From: Bacteroidota bacterium
Lineage (GTDB): Bacteria; Bacteroidota; Bacteroidia; Palsa-965
Assembly (NCBI GenBank): GCA_006218065.1
Contig: VBWE01000005.1
Coordinates: 50,336 to 114,335, forward strand
Length of the DNA stretch: 64,000 nt
Direction: 5' to 3'
Below the pieces are notes generated by a model, which was not told the origin of the DNA, made no database searches, and worked only from the letters and a program-made list of their open reading frames with translations. Below are positions 8,436 to 18,692 of the stretch, piece by piece. How positions within the stretch are numbered: position 1 is the first letter of the stretch; each line of letters opens with the position of its first letter. The translations under genes were made by a program, and so were the position numbers.

Positions 8436-10562
8436 CTATACGATGCTGACGCCCATCACCAGCACATCGTCCACCTGCACGCCGCGGCCGCGCCAGTTGT
8501 CGAAAGCCGTATTCAGCCGTTCACGCTGAGCAGCCATCGGTTCGCGGTGAACCTGGAGCAGGAGTTCTTTGAACCGGCTGCGTTTGAATTTTTTCCCTTC
8601 CGGACCGCCGAACTGATCGGCATAACCGTCGCTGAAAAGATAAATCACGTCACCCTTTTCCAGTTTCATTTCGTGGTGCGCAAAATGGCGGATATCCTCA
8701 TCAAGATAGGCGCCTACGGGGAATTTATCGGACTTGTACTCGATCAGTTCGCCTTTTCGCACGAGGTAAAGCGGGTTGAATGCGCCTGCGAATTCCAGCA
8801 CTTGTTTTTTGAGATCGAGGCGGCAAAGTGCAATGTCCATTCCGTCGCGCACCTTCGATTCTTCGGAACGCTGGCGCAGGGTTTGCGACAATTTTATGTT
8901 TACCTCGTCCAGTATTTCAGCGGGACGCAGCAGGCCGCCTTCGTTCACCGCCTGGGTAAGCAGGTTACTGCAGACAATGCTCACAAAAGCCCCGGGAACA
9001 CCGTGCCCGGTACAATCCACGGCAGCAAAAAGAACATCGTCGGAAATCCGTTCCATCCAGTAAAAATCACCGCTTACGATGTCTTTCGGACGATACAGCA
9101 CAAAAGCGGACGATCCGAAAGTCTGTGCAAACTCTTCTTCGGGAAGAATAGCTTCCTGCAAACGCTTGGCGTAACGGATACTGTCGGTAATGTCTTTGTT
9201 CTTTTCCTCGATCTGCACGTAAGCCGACTGCAGTTCCGAGTTTTTTATTTCGATTTCCTGTTTCTGTTTTTCGAGGCGCGTATTGATCCGTTTACGAACG
9301 ATCGTCCGGTTCCAGAGAAAACCGACGATCACCAGGAGCAGGATAACCCCGATGACCGCAGCAATGGTGATCAGCCTCTTTTCGCCGGTTATTTTTTCGT
9401 TCTCGATCTGGTTTAATTTGTTTTCCGTCTCCGCTTTCTGTACATCAAAACGCGCCTGCATTTCGGCTACGTTTTTTGACATATCGGCATTAAACAGCGA
9501 GTCTTTGTTGGATGCAAAGAGCTTGTAGAATTCCAGCGCTTTCTCGTGGTCGCCTTTTTGTTCGTAGGCCTCGGCAAAACTCTCGTAGAGTTCGCTTTCC
9601 AGGTCGCGGGCCCCGACTTCCCGGGCCAGTTGTAATGCACGCTCAAAATATTCGATCGCCTTGTCTCTTCGGCCCTGGTTCATATTTACAGAACCGAGAT
9701 TGGCAAGTGAACTGATCATTCCTCTTTTGTCCCCGATTTCTTTTCTCAGCTCAAGCGATTGGAAAAAATAATCCATCGCTGTTTCATATTCTTTTTTCTG
9801 AAAATAGACCGCTCCAAGATTGTTCAATGCTCTTGCAATCTGGCCTTTGTTTCCACTTTTTTTCCTGATTTCCAAAGCTTGTTTATGATATTCAATCGAC
9901 TTGTCGTAATTCTTTTGGGCTATATAAACGTTGGCAAGGTTATTTAAACAGGCGGCAACTCCATTTTCATCATTAATCTGCTTACGCAGTTCCATGGAAT
10001 GCTCATATTCACTGACCGCTTTGGAAAAATTATTCAGCCGATAATATATCAGGCCGGAATTATTTAAAGCACGGGCCATTCCTTTTTTATCGTCAATGCT
10101 TTCATAGATATTATAGGCGCTGATAACCTTTTGCAGGGCATCCTGGAATTGCCCCTGGCTTCGCTTGGTTTCCGCAATCTGGATGTAGATCTCGGCTAAA
10201 TCCGATTTTTTATCCAGTTTTTCGTAAATAAATTTGGCTTCGCTGAAGGATTTTAAGGCCGGGTCATAATTGCCCATATTAAAATTGGCCAGCCCGATCC
10301 GCCCGATCGCCTGCCCGGTAAGCATCTCATTGGACAGGTCTTCCGCTATTTTCCGTGCCTCCAGCGCAACAGGAATGGCTTTGGGAGGATCAATATCCAG
10401 ATATTCATCCGAGATCCTGAACAGCAGGGCAATGCGCAGGGAATCTTTTGTGCCCGGCAATATTTTTTTGAGGCTGTCAATTACCCTTTCCTGTCCATGC
10501 AGGTGTAAATTGACAACTGATAAGAAAAGAAAGAAAATGAGCCTTGACAGGTTCATAAACAA
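8436..10562 (-). CDS. TPR-repeat sensor with TM helix and C-terminal PP2C/SpoIIE phosphatase domain
   Basis: 708 aa. It contains about 7 TPR-like units (ALNNLG/ANLG..Y repeats), a TM segment ITIAAVIGVILLLVIVGFLW, and then the SpoIIE-type region SGDFYW...DCTGHGVPGAF...SDGYADQFGG. Confidence 0.85.
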   Translation of the reverse strand: MFMNLSRLIFFLFLSVVNLHLHGQERVIDSLKKILPGTKDSLRIALLFRISDEYLDIDPPKAIPVALEARKIAEDLSNEMLTGQAIGRIGLANFNMGNYDPALKSFSEAKFIYEKLDKKSDLAEIYIQIAETKRSQGQFQDALQKVISAYNIYESIDDKKGMARALNNSGLIYYRLNNFSKAVSEYEHSMELRKQINDENGVAACLNNLANVYIAQKNYDKSIEYHKQALEIRKKSGNKGQIARALNNLGAVYFQKKEYETAMDYFFQSLELRKEIGDKRGMISSLANLGSVNMNQGRRDKAIEYFERALQLAREVGARDLESELYESFAEAYEQKGDHEKALEFYKLFASNKDSLFNADMSKNVAEMQARFDVQKAETENKLNQIENEKITGEKRLITIAAVIGVILLLVIVGFLWNRTIVRKRINTRLEKQKQEIEIKNSELQSAYVQIEEKNKDITDSIRYAKRLQEAILPEEEFAQTFGSSAFVLYRPKDIVSGDFYWMERISDDVLFAAVDCTGHGVPGAFVSIVCSNLLTQAVNEGGLLRPAEILDEVNIKLSQTLRQRSEESKVRDGMDIALCRLDLKKQVLEFAGAFNPLYLVRKGELIEYKSDKFPVGAYLDEDIRHFAHHEMKLEKGDVIYLFSDGYADQFGGPEGKKFKRSRFKELLLQVHREPMAAQRERLNTAFDNWRGRGVQVDDVLVMGVSIV

Positions 10563-10574
10563 TGAAAAAGTGAA

Positions 10575-10607
10575 TGTAAAAAGAAGGCGGGAAAAACCCG
10601 CCTTCTG
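10575..10607 (-). terminator. Rho-independent terminator (minus strand)
   Basis: Stem agaaggcggg/cccgccttct (10582-10591 and 10598-10607), followed on the minus strand by a T-run. It lies just downstream of the 10625..11017 gene. Confidence 0.65.
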
Positions 10608-10624
10608 TAATCTATCAGAATCGA

Positions 10625-11017
10625 TCAGGTATTGATTTCGTTGACATCAATGGCTGTTTCGCCACCTTTGCAAATAATGAGGTCGTAGCGCACGTTATCA
10701 CCCACGGCCAGTTGCAATTCTTTCAGCATCGGCTGGAAGAACGGGATTTTTTTATTCGATCCTTTTTCGGTGATGGTTCCCGTGGTTTCATCATTAATCT
10801 CCGATATAACACCCACGGTACGGCGGCGCACATAGGTTGCCACAGCCGCTTTGGCGTCCGGCGCCATATAAGGTTCGTAGCGTATGATATCGCCTACGTT
10901 CAGGAAAAGTTCGCGATGGAAAGGTTGTTTAAATTGAAGTTCTGCACCTGTTTTTTTGTCGATGATAATTCCGCCATCATCATCTACGATGATTTTTATT
11001 GTACCATTGAGAGCCAT
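10625..11017 (-). CDS. Hypothetical small protein with an internal duplication (two OB/CSD-like halves)
   Basis: 130 aa. The two halves share the pattern G.I.....G.I........F.......L..GD..RY. Confidence 0.5.
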   Translation of the reverse strand: MALNGTIKIIVDDDGGIIIDKKTGAELQFKQPFHRELFLNVGDIIRYEPYMAPDAKAAVATYVRRRTVGVISEINDETTGTITEKGSNKKIPFFQPMLKELQLAVGDNVRYDLIICKGGETAIDVNEINT

Positions 11018-11078
11018 AGTTGTGTAATTTTAGTTAAACCTCCGTTTTTTGTAAATATATGTTCCGGAGATGAAACCG

Positions 11079-12047
11079 TCAAACATTCGTCGAAAACTTT
11101 TTTTCGAGAAATAGACGAATGTTCTTTTCCACCCGATCAGCAACATAATCCTGCGTCGCACGCTCGAATTTTTTGCCGGTTACGTTTTCGTAAAGCTCGA
11201 TATACCTTTCTGAAACGGTTTTGACAAATTCATCGGGCATCTCCGGCGCCTGCTGGCCTTCCTTGCCCATAAATCCTTTTTCAATAAGCCACTGGCGGAC
11301 AAATTCTTTGGAGAGTTGTTTTTGCGCTTCACCTTTCTGCTGGCGTTCGGCATACCCGCCGGCATAAAAATACCGGGATGAATCGGGCGTATGAATTTCA
11401 TCCATCAGGTAAATTTTTCCGTCGGCTCCTTTTCCGAATTCATACTTGGTATCTACCAGGATCAGGCCCTGCTTTGCTGCGAGTTCCGATCCGCGTTTAT
11501 AAAGCGCATGTGTATAGGATTCCAGTTGCGCGTATTCATCCGCAGGCACAATGCCCCGGCTGATGATTTCCGCTTTCGAAATATCTTCATCGTGCCCGAA
11601 ATCAGCTTTGGTGGTCGGCGTGATGATCGGTTCGGGCAGTTTGTCACTTTCCTTTAACCCGTCGGGCATGGAAACTCCGCAGATGCTGCGTTTCCCGCTA
11701 TTATACTCGCGCCAGGCATGGCCCGAAAGATAACCGCGAATGACCATTTCCACTTTATACGGTTTACATAAACGACCTACGGTTACAACGGGATCGGGCA
11801 CCGCGATCACCCAGTTGGGCACGATGTCTTTGGTAGCCCCCAGGAAATGGGCCGCTACCTGGTTCAGCACTTGTCCCTTGAAAGGAATGCCACGGGGAAG
11901 CACTACATCGAAAGCGGAAATACGGTCGCTGACAACCATCACCAGCAATTCGTCATTGATATTGTAAACGTCGCGAACCTTGCCTTTGTAAAAACTTTTT
12001 TGCCCGGGCAGGTTGAATTTGGTTTCCGTGAGTGCCTTATCCATCAT
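11079..12047 (-). CDS. purC: Phosphoribosylaminoimidazole-succinocarboxamide (SAICAR) synthase
   Basis: 322 aa. GKVRDVY...VSDRISAFD and [11 protein letters not shown] are hallmark long-form PurC motifs. Confidence 0.93.
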   Translation of the reverse strand: MMDKALTETKFNLPGQKSFYKGKVRDVYNINDELLVMVVSDRISAFDVVLPRGIPFKGQVLNQVAAHFLGATKDIVPNWVIAVPDPVVTVGRLCKPYKVEMVIRGYLSGHAWREYNSGKRSICGVSMPDGLKESDKLPEPIITPTTKADFGHDEDISKAEIISRGIVPADEYAQLESYTHALYKRGSELAAKQGLILVDTKYEFGKGADGKIYLMDEIHTPDSSRYFYAGGYAERQQKGEAQKQLSKEFVRQWLIEKGFMGKEGQQAPEMPDEFVKTVSERYIELYENVTGKKFERATQDYVADRVEKNIRLFLEKKFSTNV

Positions 12048-13000
12048 TTTTTGTCGTCGTAAAGCTCAATGATCCGTTTGACCAGTTTGTGACGAATCAC
12101 ATCGCGGTTGTCGAGATAAACAAAGTCGAGTCCTTCGGCGCCGGGCAGCAGTTTCACCGCCTGCAGCAATCCAGAAGGCTGCTTGTTGGGCAGATCGATC
12201 TGCGTTACGTCACCCGTTACTACAAACTTGGCGGAAGGTCCCATACGCGTGAGGAACATTTTCATCTGCGCTTCGGTAGCGTTCTGCGCTTCATCGAGAA
12301 TCACAAAAGCGTTGTCGAGCGTGCGGCCGCGCATAAACGCAAGCGGCGCAATCTGGATGATATTGCTTTCGATATACGTCTTCAGCTTTTCCGCCGGGAT
12401 CATATCGAAAAGCGCATCGTACAGCGGCTGCAGGTACGGATCGAGTTTTTCTTTGAGATCGCCCGGAAGGAAGCCCAGGTTTTCGCCGGCTTCAACGGCG
12501 GGACGCGTCAGTATTATTTTACGCACTTCTTTATTGCGCAGGGCACGAACAGCGAGGGCTACAGCGGTATACGTTTTACCCGTACCGGCCGGACCGATGG
12601 CGAAAACCATGTCGTTTTTGCCCACGCTGTCCACCAGGCGCTGCTGGCCGGGCGTACGGGCTTTCACGATCAGTCCGCTGTTTCCGAATACAATTACATC
12701 CGGTGCGCTTTCGGGATTTTCTTTCGATCCCCCGTTACCATTTCCGTTTCCTTTCCCCATCATATGTTCGATATTGGACTCGGTGAACGAGCCGTAGCGG
12801 TTGAAATGCTTTACAAAAGCATCCACAGCCTGCTCGAAACGATCCAGTTCGGGCTCATCTCCTACCGCTTTGAGCACATCGCCGCGCGCTACTATTTTTA
12901 GTTTGGGAAAATATTTCCGGATAAGTTCGAGCTTCACATCATTCACGCCGTAAATAGTAACCGGATCGATCGAAGTGATTTCAATAATTCTTTCTGCCAA
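12044..13000 (-). CDS. phoH: PhoH-family ATPase
   Basis: 318 aa with Walker [13 protein letters not shown] and ILDEAQN. It overlaps purC by 4 nt. Confidence 0.93.
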   Translation of the reverse strand: MAERIIEITSIDPVTIYGVNDVKLELIRKYFPKLKIVARGDVLKAVGDEPELDRFEQAVDAFVKHFNRYGSFTESNIEHMMGKGNGNGNGGSKENPESAPDVIVFGNSGLIVKARTPGQQRLVDSVGKNDMVFAIGPAGTGKTYTAVALAVRALRNKEVRKIILTRPAVEAGENLGFLPGDLKEKLDPYLQPLYDALFDMIPAEKLKTYIESNIIQIAPLAFMRGRTLDNAFVILDEAQNATEAQMKMFLTRMGPSAKFVVTGDVTQIDLPNKQPSGLLQAVKLLPGAEGLDFVYLDNRDVIRHKLVKRIIELYDDKK

Positions 13001-13096
13001 GAGGATGAGTTTGATTCTGTAAACTGTTCGTGTTATTCTCTAATTTTGATGCGCAAATTACGCGTTTTTGCCCGAACGGCAAACCGGACTGCTAAC

Positions 13097-13867
13097 ATGA
13101 AAGTCATTACACTGACTACCGATTTCGGACTTCGCGATCATTACACGGCCGCTGTGAAAGGCGCCTTGCTGCGGGGCAGTCCCGGCACACCTGTAGTGGA
13201 TATTTCCCACCTTGTTCCCCCGGGCGATATTCTCCAGGCGGCGTTCATCCTGCGTAATTGCTTCAACGAATTCCCGGCCGGGAGCATCCATATCGTGGCG
13301 GTAGGTTCGTCGCTTTCGCCGCGTTATCCGCAGATCGCACTCTTTCTCGACGGTCATTATTTCGTGGGCTGCGACAACGGTATTTTCTCCCTGCTTTCGC
13401 AGAACCGGCCTTCCAGGATTGTTGAACTCGCCCTGCCTGCGGATACTACAGCCACCTTTGCCGCCAAAGACATATATGTTCCCGCCGCCGCCCGCCTCGC
13501 TGCAGGAGAGGAAATCGATACGCTCGGACCGCTCCGCAGCGACGTGTACGAAAAAATGCTGCGCCGCCATCCGCCCGAAGATCATGTGATCAAAGGTACC
13601 GTGGTGTACATCGACGCTTTCGGAAACCTCATCACGGATATTTCTGCGGCGCAGTTCAGGGCCATCGGGAAAGGCCGCCTGTTCAGCATCGGGCTCATCG
13701 GCGACGAGATCACGAAAATCCACCGCGACTACAGCGACGTGGTGGAAGGTGAAAAAGTGGCCTTTTTCAATTCCGCCGGCATGCTCGAAATCGCTATCAA
13801 CCAGGGTAAGGCATCCTCGCTGCTGAACCTGAAACTGCACGATATCGTGCGTATTGAGTTTCAATGA
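13097..13867 (+). CDS. SAM hydroxide adenosyltransferase / chlorinase-fluorinase family (DUF62) protein
   Basis: The track ORF starts at 13046. The internal ATG at 13097 gives the family-typical N-terminus MKVITLTTDFGLRDHYTAAVKG. IDAFGNLITD lies near the C-terminus. Confidence 0.85.
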   Translation: MKVITLTTDFGLRDHYTAAVKGALLRGSPGTPVVDISHLVPPGDILQAAFILRNCFNEFPAGSIHIVAVGSSLSPRYPQIALFLDGHYFVGCDNGIFSLLSQNRPSRIVELALPADTTATFAAKDIYVPAAARLAAGEEIDTLGPLRSDVYEKMLRRHPPEDHVIKGTVVYIDAFGNLITDISAAQFRAIGKGRLFSIGLIGDEITKIHRDYSDVVEGEKVAFFNSAGMLEIAINQGKASSLLNLKLHDIVRIEFQ

Positions 13868-14184
13868 TCACGCGCATCGTTTGCATGACCTTCGCGCCCG
13901 GGAAGGCGGATGATTTTCTCCGCGTTTTCGAAGCGAATAAATTGCTGATCGCCGGTTTTGAAGGCTGCCTGCACCTTGAACTGCACCGCGACGCTGCAGC
14001 CCCGGATACGTTTTTCACCATCAGCCGCTGGCACTCGGAAGACGATCTCGAAAATTATCGCCGCAGCGAACTTTTTCAACGCACCTGGGCGCAAACCAAA
14101 GTTCTGTTCGGCGATAAACCGAAAGCGTGGACGCTGCAGGGAATTTTTGAGTCGGGGAGTTTTTCGTCACAAAATTTTAAATGA
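13864..14184 (+). CDS. Antibiotic-biosynthesis-monooxygenase (ABM) domain protein
   Basis: 106 aa with a ferredoxin-like ABM pattern (FFTISRWHSEDDLENYRRSELF). It overlaps the upstream gene by 4 nt. Confidence 0.7.
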   Translation: MITRIVCMTFAPGKADDFLRVFEANKLLIAGFEGCLHLELHRDAAAPDTFFTISRWHSEDDLENYRRSELFQRTWAQTKVLFGDKPKAWTLQGIFESGSFSSQNFK

Positions 14185-14200
14185 CAAATGCAAAACGACA

Positions 14201-14263
14201 AATGTAAAATGTCAAAGTGGCCGGCCTTTGGAGTTTAGCGTTTGAAATTTTACATTTTACATT
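14201..14263. repeat. Intergenic palindrome
   Basis: aatgtaaaatgt (14201-14212) pairs with acattttacatt (14252-14263) around a GGCCGGCC centre. It lies between convergent genes. Confidence 0.7.
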
Positions 14264-14283
14264 CAGCCCGGCAAAACCCTGAT

Positions 14284-15045
14284 CTATATCCAGCTCAGCT
14301 CTTTCAGGTTAAAATTCCGCTCTTCTTCGCCTGCCGCGAGGCGCAGCAAACCGGCGTCGGTTGTCCCGAGCACGGTGGCTTCAAAAATTTCGCCGGACCT
14401 GTTGAACCGTTTTTTCGCGCCCATTCCGAAAAGGATTGCGTGATAATCGCTGCGCAGCCTGGTTTCGTGCCCGCTGCGAAGCTGCAGGTAACGCGCTTCC
14501 AGCATTTCACAGAGTGATTCGAGGACGGTTTGCAGATCGAACGTTTTCCCGGCCGCATTTTTCATAGATACGGCGTGCACGGCAGAATGAAAAACTTCCT
14601 GGTTCACATTGAGCCCGATTCCAACTACAGCGGCGCTTATCTGCGTATCGCGAAGGATATTTTCGATAAGGATGCCGCACACTTTTCTGCCGTTCACGAG
14701 GATATCGTTCGGCCATTTGATTTTCAGCTCCGCAGCGGGCAGGAAAACGGCAAGCAGGTCTGCAATAGCCAGCGAAACCGCCCGGGTAAGATCAAACTGC
14801 CTGGTAACCTGCAGGAAATGCGGTTTGAAGATAAAACTGACCGTCAGGTTTTTCCCGGGCTCGCTTTCCCAGCTGTTTCCGCGCTGCCCGCGGCCGCCGG
14901 CCTGGTTTTGAGCCACGATCACCGTTCCTTCGGCCAGGTCGTTTTCCCGCAGCCAGTCGAGCGCATAGCTGTTTGTGGAACCTACCGTGTCCACGCGTAG
15001 CAAAGATTGTCCTGTAAACAATGTTTTCATGCGGCTTCCGTGCAA
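14284..15045 (-). CDS. birA: Biotin-[acetyl-CoA-carboxylase] ligase (no N-terminal HTH)
   Basis: 253 aa with GRGQRGNSWES (the GRGRxGR-type biotin-binding loop) and KWPNDILVNGRKVCGILIE. Confidence 0.9.
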   Translation of the reverse strand: MHGSRMKTLFTGQSLLRVDTVGSTNSYALDWLRENDLAEGTVIVAQNQAGGRGQRGNSWESEPGKNLTVSFIFKPHFLQVTRQFDLTRAVSLAIADLLAVFLPAAELKIKWPNDILVNGRKVCGILIENILRDTQISAAVVGIGLNVNQEVFHSAVHAVSMKNAAGKTFDLQTVLESLCEMLEARYLQLRSGHETRLRSDYHAILFGMGAKKRFNRSGEIFEATVLGTTDAGLLRLAAGEEERNFNLKELSWI

Positions 15046-15124
15046 AAGAAATCCTTATTTTTGTGGAATCAAAAACGAACCTAAATTAATCGTTGCCGCA
15101 CTTGTTGCGGCAGTTCATTTTTAA

Positions 15125-15589
15125 ATGGCAACCAAGAAAAAGAAGCCGGCAGCGGCAAAGACTCCGAAAAAAACAGCTCCGCGCAAACCTTCGGGCAAGC
15201 CTGCAAAGGCCAAAACCACCAAGAAACTCAACGAATCGCTCATCCTCGCAGAAAGCGCGGTGCGGGGGATCCTCGAGAAAAAAGGAAAGAACGTAGTTTG
15301 CCTCGATCTGCGCGGAATTGAAAATGCGGTATGTGAATACTTCATTATCTGCGAAGGCGATTCCAATACACAGGTAGAAGCGATCGCCGGTTCGGTGACC
15401 GATTTCGTGCGGAAAGAACTGTCCACCCGGCCCTACCGTTCGGAAGGCTGGCAGAATGCGCTCTGGATACTGATCGATTATGTTACCGTAATTGTGCACG
15501 TGTTTGAAAGAGACACCCGCAGTTTCTACAACCTGGAAAGTCTCTGGGCCGATGCCGAAGCGGTAGAACTGGTCAAGAAACAGGCTTAA
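15125..15589 (+). CDS. rsfS: Ribosome silencing factor RsfS with a Lys/Ala/Pro-rich N-terminal extension
   Basis: 154 aa. The core KKGKNVVCLDLRGIENAVCEYFIICEGDSNTQVEAI...WILIDYVTVIVHVF is RsfS-like. The first ~38 aa are KKKKPAAAKTPKKTAPRKPSGKPAKAKTTKK. Confidence 0.85.
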   Translation: MATKKKKPAAAKTPKKTAPRKPSGKPAKAKTTKKLNESLILAESAVRGILEKKGKNVVCLDLRGIENAVCEYFIICEGDSNTQVEAIAGSVTDFVRKELSTRPYRSEGWQNALWILIDYVTVIVHVFERDTRSFYNLESLWADAEAVELVKKQA

Positions 15590-15659
15590 ACCGCTGTTAA
15601 CAATTGTTAATGCCGGCAATTTTTCCGGTCCGAAAACGACGTAGTCAGAAAACGAATCT

Positions 15660-17852
15660 ATGAGCGATAATAACCAGCAATCGCAGCCGAACGACGAAGA
15701 AAAACGCCTCCGCGACAGGCTTCCCCGCCGCCCGCAGCTCCCGCGTTCGCCGATGGGCTTCTATTGGATATATATCCTGCTGATTGCAGGAATTGCCGCC
15801 GTGTTTTTCTCCACGGCCTTCTCGCCGATGCCCGAAATCAACATGACCCAGTTCGAAATGCTGGTCCGTCATAAAGTGGTTAAAGAAGTCGTGATCAACG
15901 CCAGCGAAAACCGGCGTTTTGAAATCAAACTCGATCCTTCCAAGGCGAAAGACAACCCGATTTTCAAGAACGATTCGCTCAAATTAAGCCAGAACGCCAA
16001 GTGGATACCCACCGGCGAAGGTCCGCACCTGAAACTGCGCGATGGCTACAGCGAGAATATGTGGAACAGGATCGACCAGCTCAACCAGCAGCTCCCGGTC
16101 GCCAACCAGTTCAAATTCTATACGGATACGCCGAAGTCCTTTATGGACAACCTGATCTACATTCTTCCGATCGTCCTGATCATCGTACTCTGGATTTACC
16201 TCATGCGGCGCATGGGCGGCGGCGGCGGAAGCCAGATCTTCAATATCGGTAAATCACGCGCGCAGTTGTTCGACAAGGACACGCGGGTAAGCGTAACGTT
16301 TAACGACGTTGCCGGCCTCGAAGAAGCGAAAGTGGAGATCAAGGAGATCGTCGATTTCCTGAAGCATCCGAAAAAATATACCGACCTCGGCGCAAAAATT
16401 CCGAAAGGCGCTTTGCTCGTAGGTCCTCCGGGAACCGGTAAAACGCTGCTGGCAAAAGCCGTTGCCGGCGAAGCGCAGGTGCCGTTCTTCTCGCTTTCCG
16501 GTTCCGACTTCGTGGAAATGTTCGTGGGCGTGGGCGCTTCGCGCGTACGTGATCTTTTCCGCCAGGCCAAGGAAAAAGCGCCATGTATCATCTTCATTGA
16601 TGAAATTGACGCGATCGGGCGTGCCCGCGGGCGGAGCGTTTCGCAGGGCGCGAACGACGAACGTGAAAACACATTGAACCAGTTGCTCACCGAGATGGAC
16701 GGCTTCGGTACAAACAGCGGTGTGATTATTCTCGCCGCCACAAACCGCGCCGACATTCTCGACCGCGCCTTGCTCCGCGCAGGCCGTTTCGACCGGCAGA
16801 TCTACGTCGATCTTCCCGACCTGAACGAACGTAAAGCGATTTTCCAGGTACACCTGAAGCCGCTGAAGCTCGACGAAAAAGTAGATCTCGATTTCCTCGC
16901 GAAGCAAACGCCCGGTTTCTCCGGCGCGGATATCGCCAACATTTGCAACGAAGCGGCCCTGATCGCCGCCCGCCACGATAAGAAAAACGTGGAGATGCAG
17001 GATTTCCTCGATGCGGTTGACCGGATCATCGGCGGCCTCGAGAAGAAAAACAAGATCATTTCCACCGGCGAGAAAAAAGTAATCGCCTTCCACGAAGCCG
17101 GTCACGCTACTGTGAGCTGGATGCTCGAACACGCCGCCCCGCTGGTTAAAGTTACCATCGTGCCCCGTGGCCGTTCGCTCGGAGCCGCCTGGTACCTGCC
17201 GGAAGAACGGCAGATCACTACGGCTGACCAGATGCTCGACGAAATCTGCGCAGCCCTCGGTGGCCGTGCGGCGGAAGACATCATGTTCGGTAAAGTTTCT
17301 ACCGGCGCGCTCAGCGATCTCGAACGCATCACCAAACAGGCATACGCCATGGTGGTTTTTTACGGGCTGAACGATAAAGTAGGCAATATCAGTTTTTACG
17401 ATTTCAATAACGGGAACGAACTGACCTTCGGAAAACCGTACAGCGAAAAAACGGCGGAACTCATCGACAACGAAGTGAAAGTTTTTGTCGAGAAAGCCTA
17501 CAAGCGCACCAAGGAACTGCTGATCGACAACAAAGCCGGGCTGGAACAATTAGCCAAACTGCTGCTGGAAAAAGAAGTTATCTTCAAAGAAGACCTCGAA
17601 CGCATTTTCGGAAAACGTCCTTATGACAAGGAAGAAACCGTGGATGCCGTCGCCGAAGAAGTGAAAACGGAAACCGTCGAACAGGAGAAAAAAAGCGAAC
17701 CGAATACGGAAATTCCTATTCCTCCCCTGCCGGAACTTCCCGGGAACAATACTCCTTCCGGCGAAGAGAAAAAGCAGGACAAGGACAAAACGGAAACCGG
17801 AGAAAAAGAGAAAGGGAAATCGCCCGACGGCAACCTGCAGCTCTTTGACTGA
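15660..17852 (+). CDS. ftsH: ATP-dependent zinc metalloprotease FtsH
   Basis: 730 aa with two N-terminal TM helices, AAA+ Walker [14 protein letters not shown], the SRH region, and the zinc site HEAGHA. Confidence 0.97.
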   Translation: MSDNNQQSQPNDEEKRLRDRLPRRPQLPRSPMGFYWIYILLIAGIAAVFFSTAFSPMPEINMTQFEMLVRHKVVKEVVINASENRRFEIKLDPSKAKDNPIFKNDSLKLSQNAKWIPTGEGPHLKLRDGYSENMWNRIDQLNQQLPVANQFKFYTDTPKSFMDNLIYILPIVLIIVLWIYLMRRMGGGGGSQIFNIGKSRAQLFDKDTRVSVTFNDVAGLEEAKVEIKEIVDFLKHPKKYTDLGAKIPKGALLVGPPGTGKTLLAKAVAGEAQVPFFSLSGSDFVEMFVGVGASRVRDLFRQAKEKAPCIIFIDEIDAIGRARGRSVSQGANDERENTLNQLLTEMDGFGTNSGVIILAATNRADILDRALLRAGRFDRQIYVDLPDLNERKAIFQVHLKPLKLDEKVDLDFLAKQTPGFSGADIANICNEAALIAARHDKKNVEMQDFLDAVDRIIGGLEKKNKIISTGEKKVIAFHEAGHATVSWMLEHAAPLVKVTIVPRGRSLGAAWYLPEERQITTADQMLDEICAALGGRAAEDIMFGKVSTGALSDLERITKQAYAMVVFYGLNDKVGNISFYDFNNGNELTFGKPYSEKTAELIDNEVKVFVEKAYKRTKELLIDNKAGLEQLAKLLLEKEVIFKEDLERIFGKRPYDKEETVDAVAEEVKTETVEQEKKSEPNTEIPIPPLPELPGNNTPSGEEKKQDKDKTETGEKEKGKSPDGNLQLFD

Positions 17853-18499
17853 TGGAAGAATCAACGTCACGCGAAAAAATACTGAAGAAAGTCAGGGCAG
17901 CGCTCATCAACCAATCCAAAAGCGACCCGGCCGACGTCGACTTCGACAGCGCAATCTTTCATGAAGCGGAAGAAACGCCCGAGCTCATTTTTGCGCAGCA
18001 GTTTTCGGATCTCAACGGGCAATTTGTTTTCTGTGAAAACGAAAACGATTTCCGGGACAATATGCTCGCCCTGGTCCAGGAAAATAATTTCGAATCCATT
18101 TTCTGTACCGATTCCAGGCTGCAGCGCATGCTGAAAGATGCCGGCGTAAATTTCAGCAGCGACATGGACAAGATCAACGAAGTCAATGTGGGCGTTACCG
18201 GCTGCGAATACCTCATCGCGCGGACGGGCAGCGTGCTGGTTTCATCGAAACAGGCATCGGGCAGACGGCTCGTTGTTTATCCGAATTACCATATCGTAGT
18301 CGCCTGGACTTCGCAACTCGTGTTCAATATCCGCGATGCGCTGAAAGGCATGAAACAACGATACGGCGAACAACCGCCCTCCTCCATCACACTGATCAGC
18401 GGCCCCAGCCGCACCGCCGACATCGAAAAAACGCTCGTCCAGGGCGCGCACGGTCCGAAAGAAATTTTTGTTTTCCTGGTAGACGATACTCCGATTTGA
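17852..18499 (+). CDS. LUD-domain (LutC/YkgG-like) protein
   Basis: 215 aa. GVTGCEYLIARTGSVLVSS...GPSRTADIE is typical of LutC-like proteins. Its start overlaps the ftsH stop (TGATG). Confidence 0.8.
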   Translation: MEESTSREKILKKVRAALINQSKSDPADVDFDSAIFHEAEETPELIFAQQFSDLNGQFVFCENENDFRDNMLALVQENNFESIFCTDSRLQRMLKDAGVNFSSDMDKINEVNVGVTGCEYLIARTGSVLVSSKQASGRRLVVYPNYHIVVAWTSQLVFNIRDALKGMKQRYGEQPPSSITLISGPSRTADIEKTLVQGAHGPKEIFVFLVDDTPI

Positions 18500-18637
18500 A
18501 AATGAAACCAATTTGAAAATTTGAAGATTCCTGCCGCACAAATCTGCCCCGGAAAAATGCTGATTGGGCAGCATGTGTGTGAGGAATCTTCTAATCGTTT
18601 CATTTTCAAATTTTCAAATTGGTTTCATTTTCAAATC
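18493..18637. repeat. 145-bp hairpin with ~40-nt arms
   Basis: The left arm is gatttgaaaatgaaaccaatttgaaaatttgaagattcct (18493-18532). Its reverse complement recurs at 18582-18637 with a 16-nt insertion. The loop is itself partly self-complementary (cacaaatctgcccc / gggcagcatgtgtg). Confidence 0.85.
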
Positions 18638-18692
18638 CGGAAAACCGAGCCAACCTTTTCCATTTTCATCGTCTTCGGTTTAAACGCCCATC

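Noticed and set aside
16254-17549. 431-aa ORF antisense to ftsH. Similar long antisense ORFs lie at 61367..62836 (in the Hsp70 gene), 6575..7822 (M61 peptidase), 30213..31550 (selU/selD), 52137..53024 (PNP), 12032..12901 (phoH), 13058..13864, 20679..21413 and 40727..41539.
   Set aside because: Each lies entirely opposite a gene with unmistakable family motifs. Their translations are low-complexity (R/F/V/G-rich) with no motifs. Such shadow ORFs are expected at this GC content.
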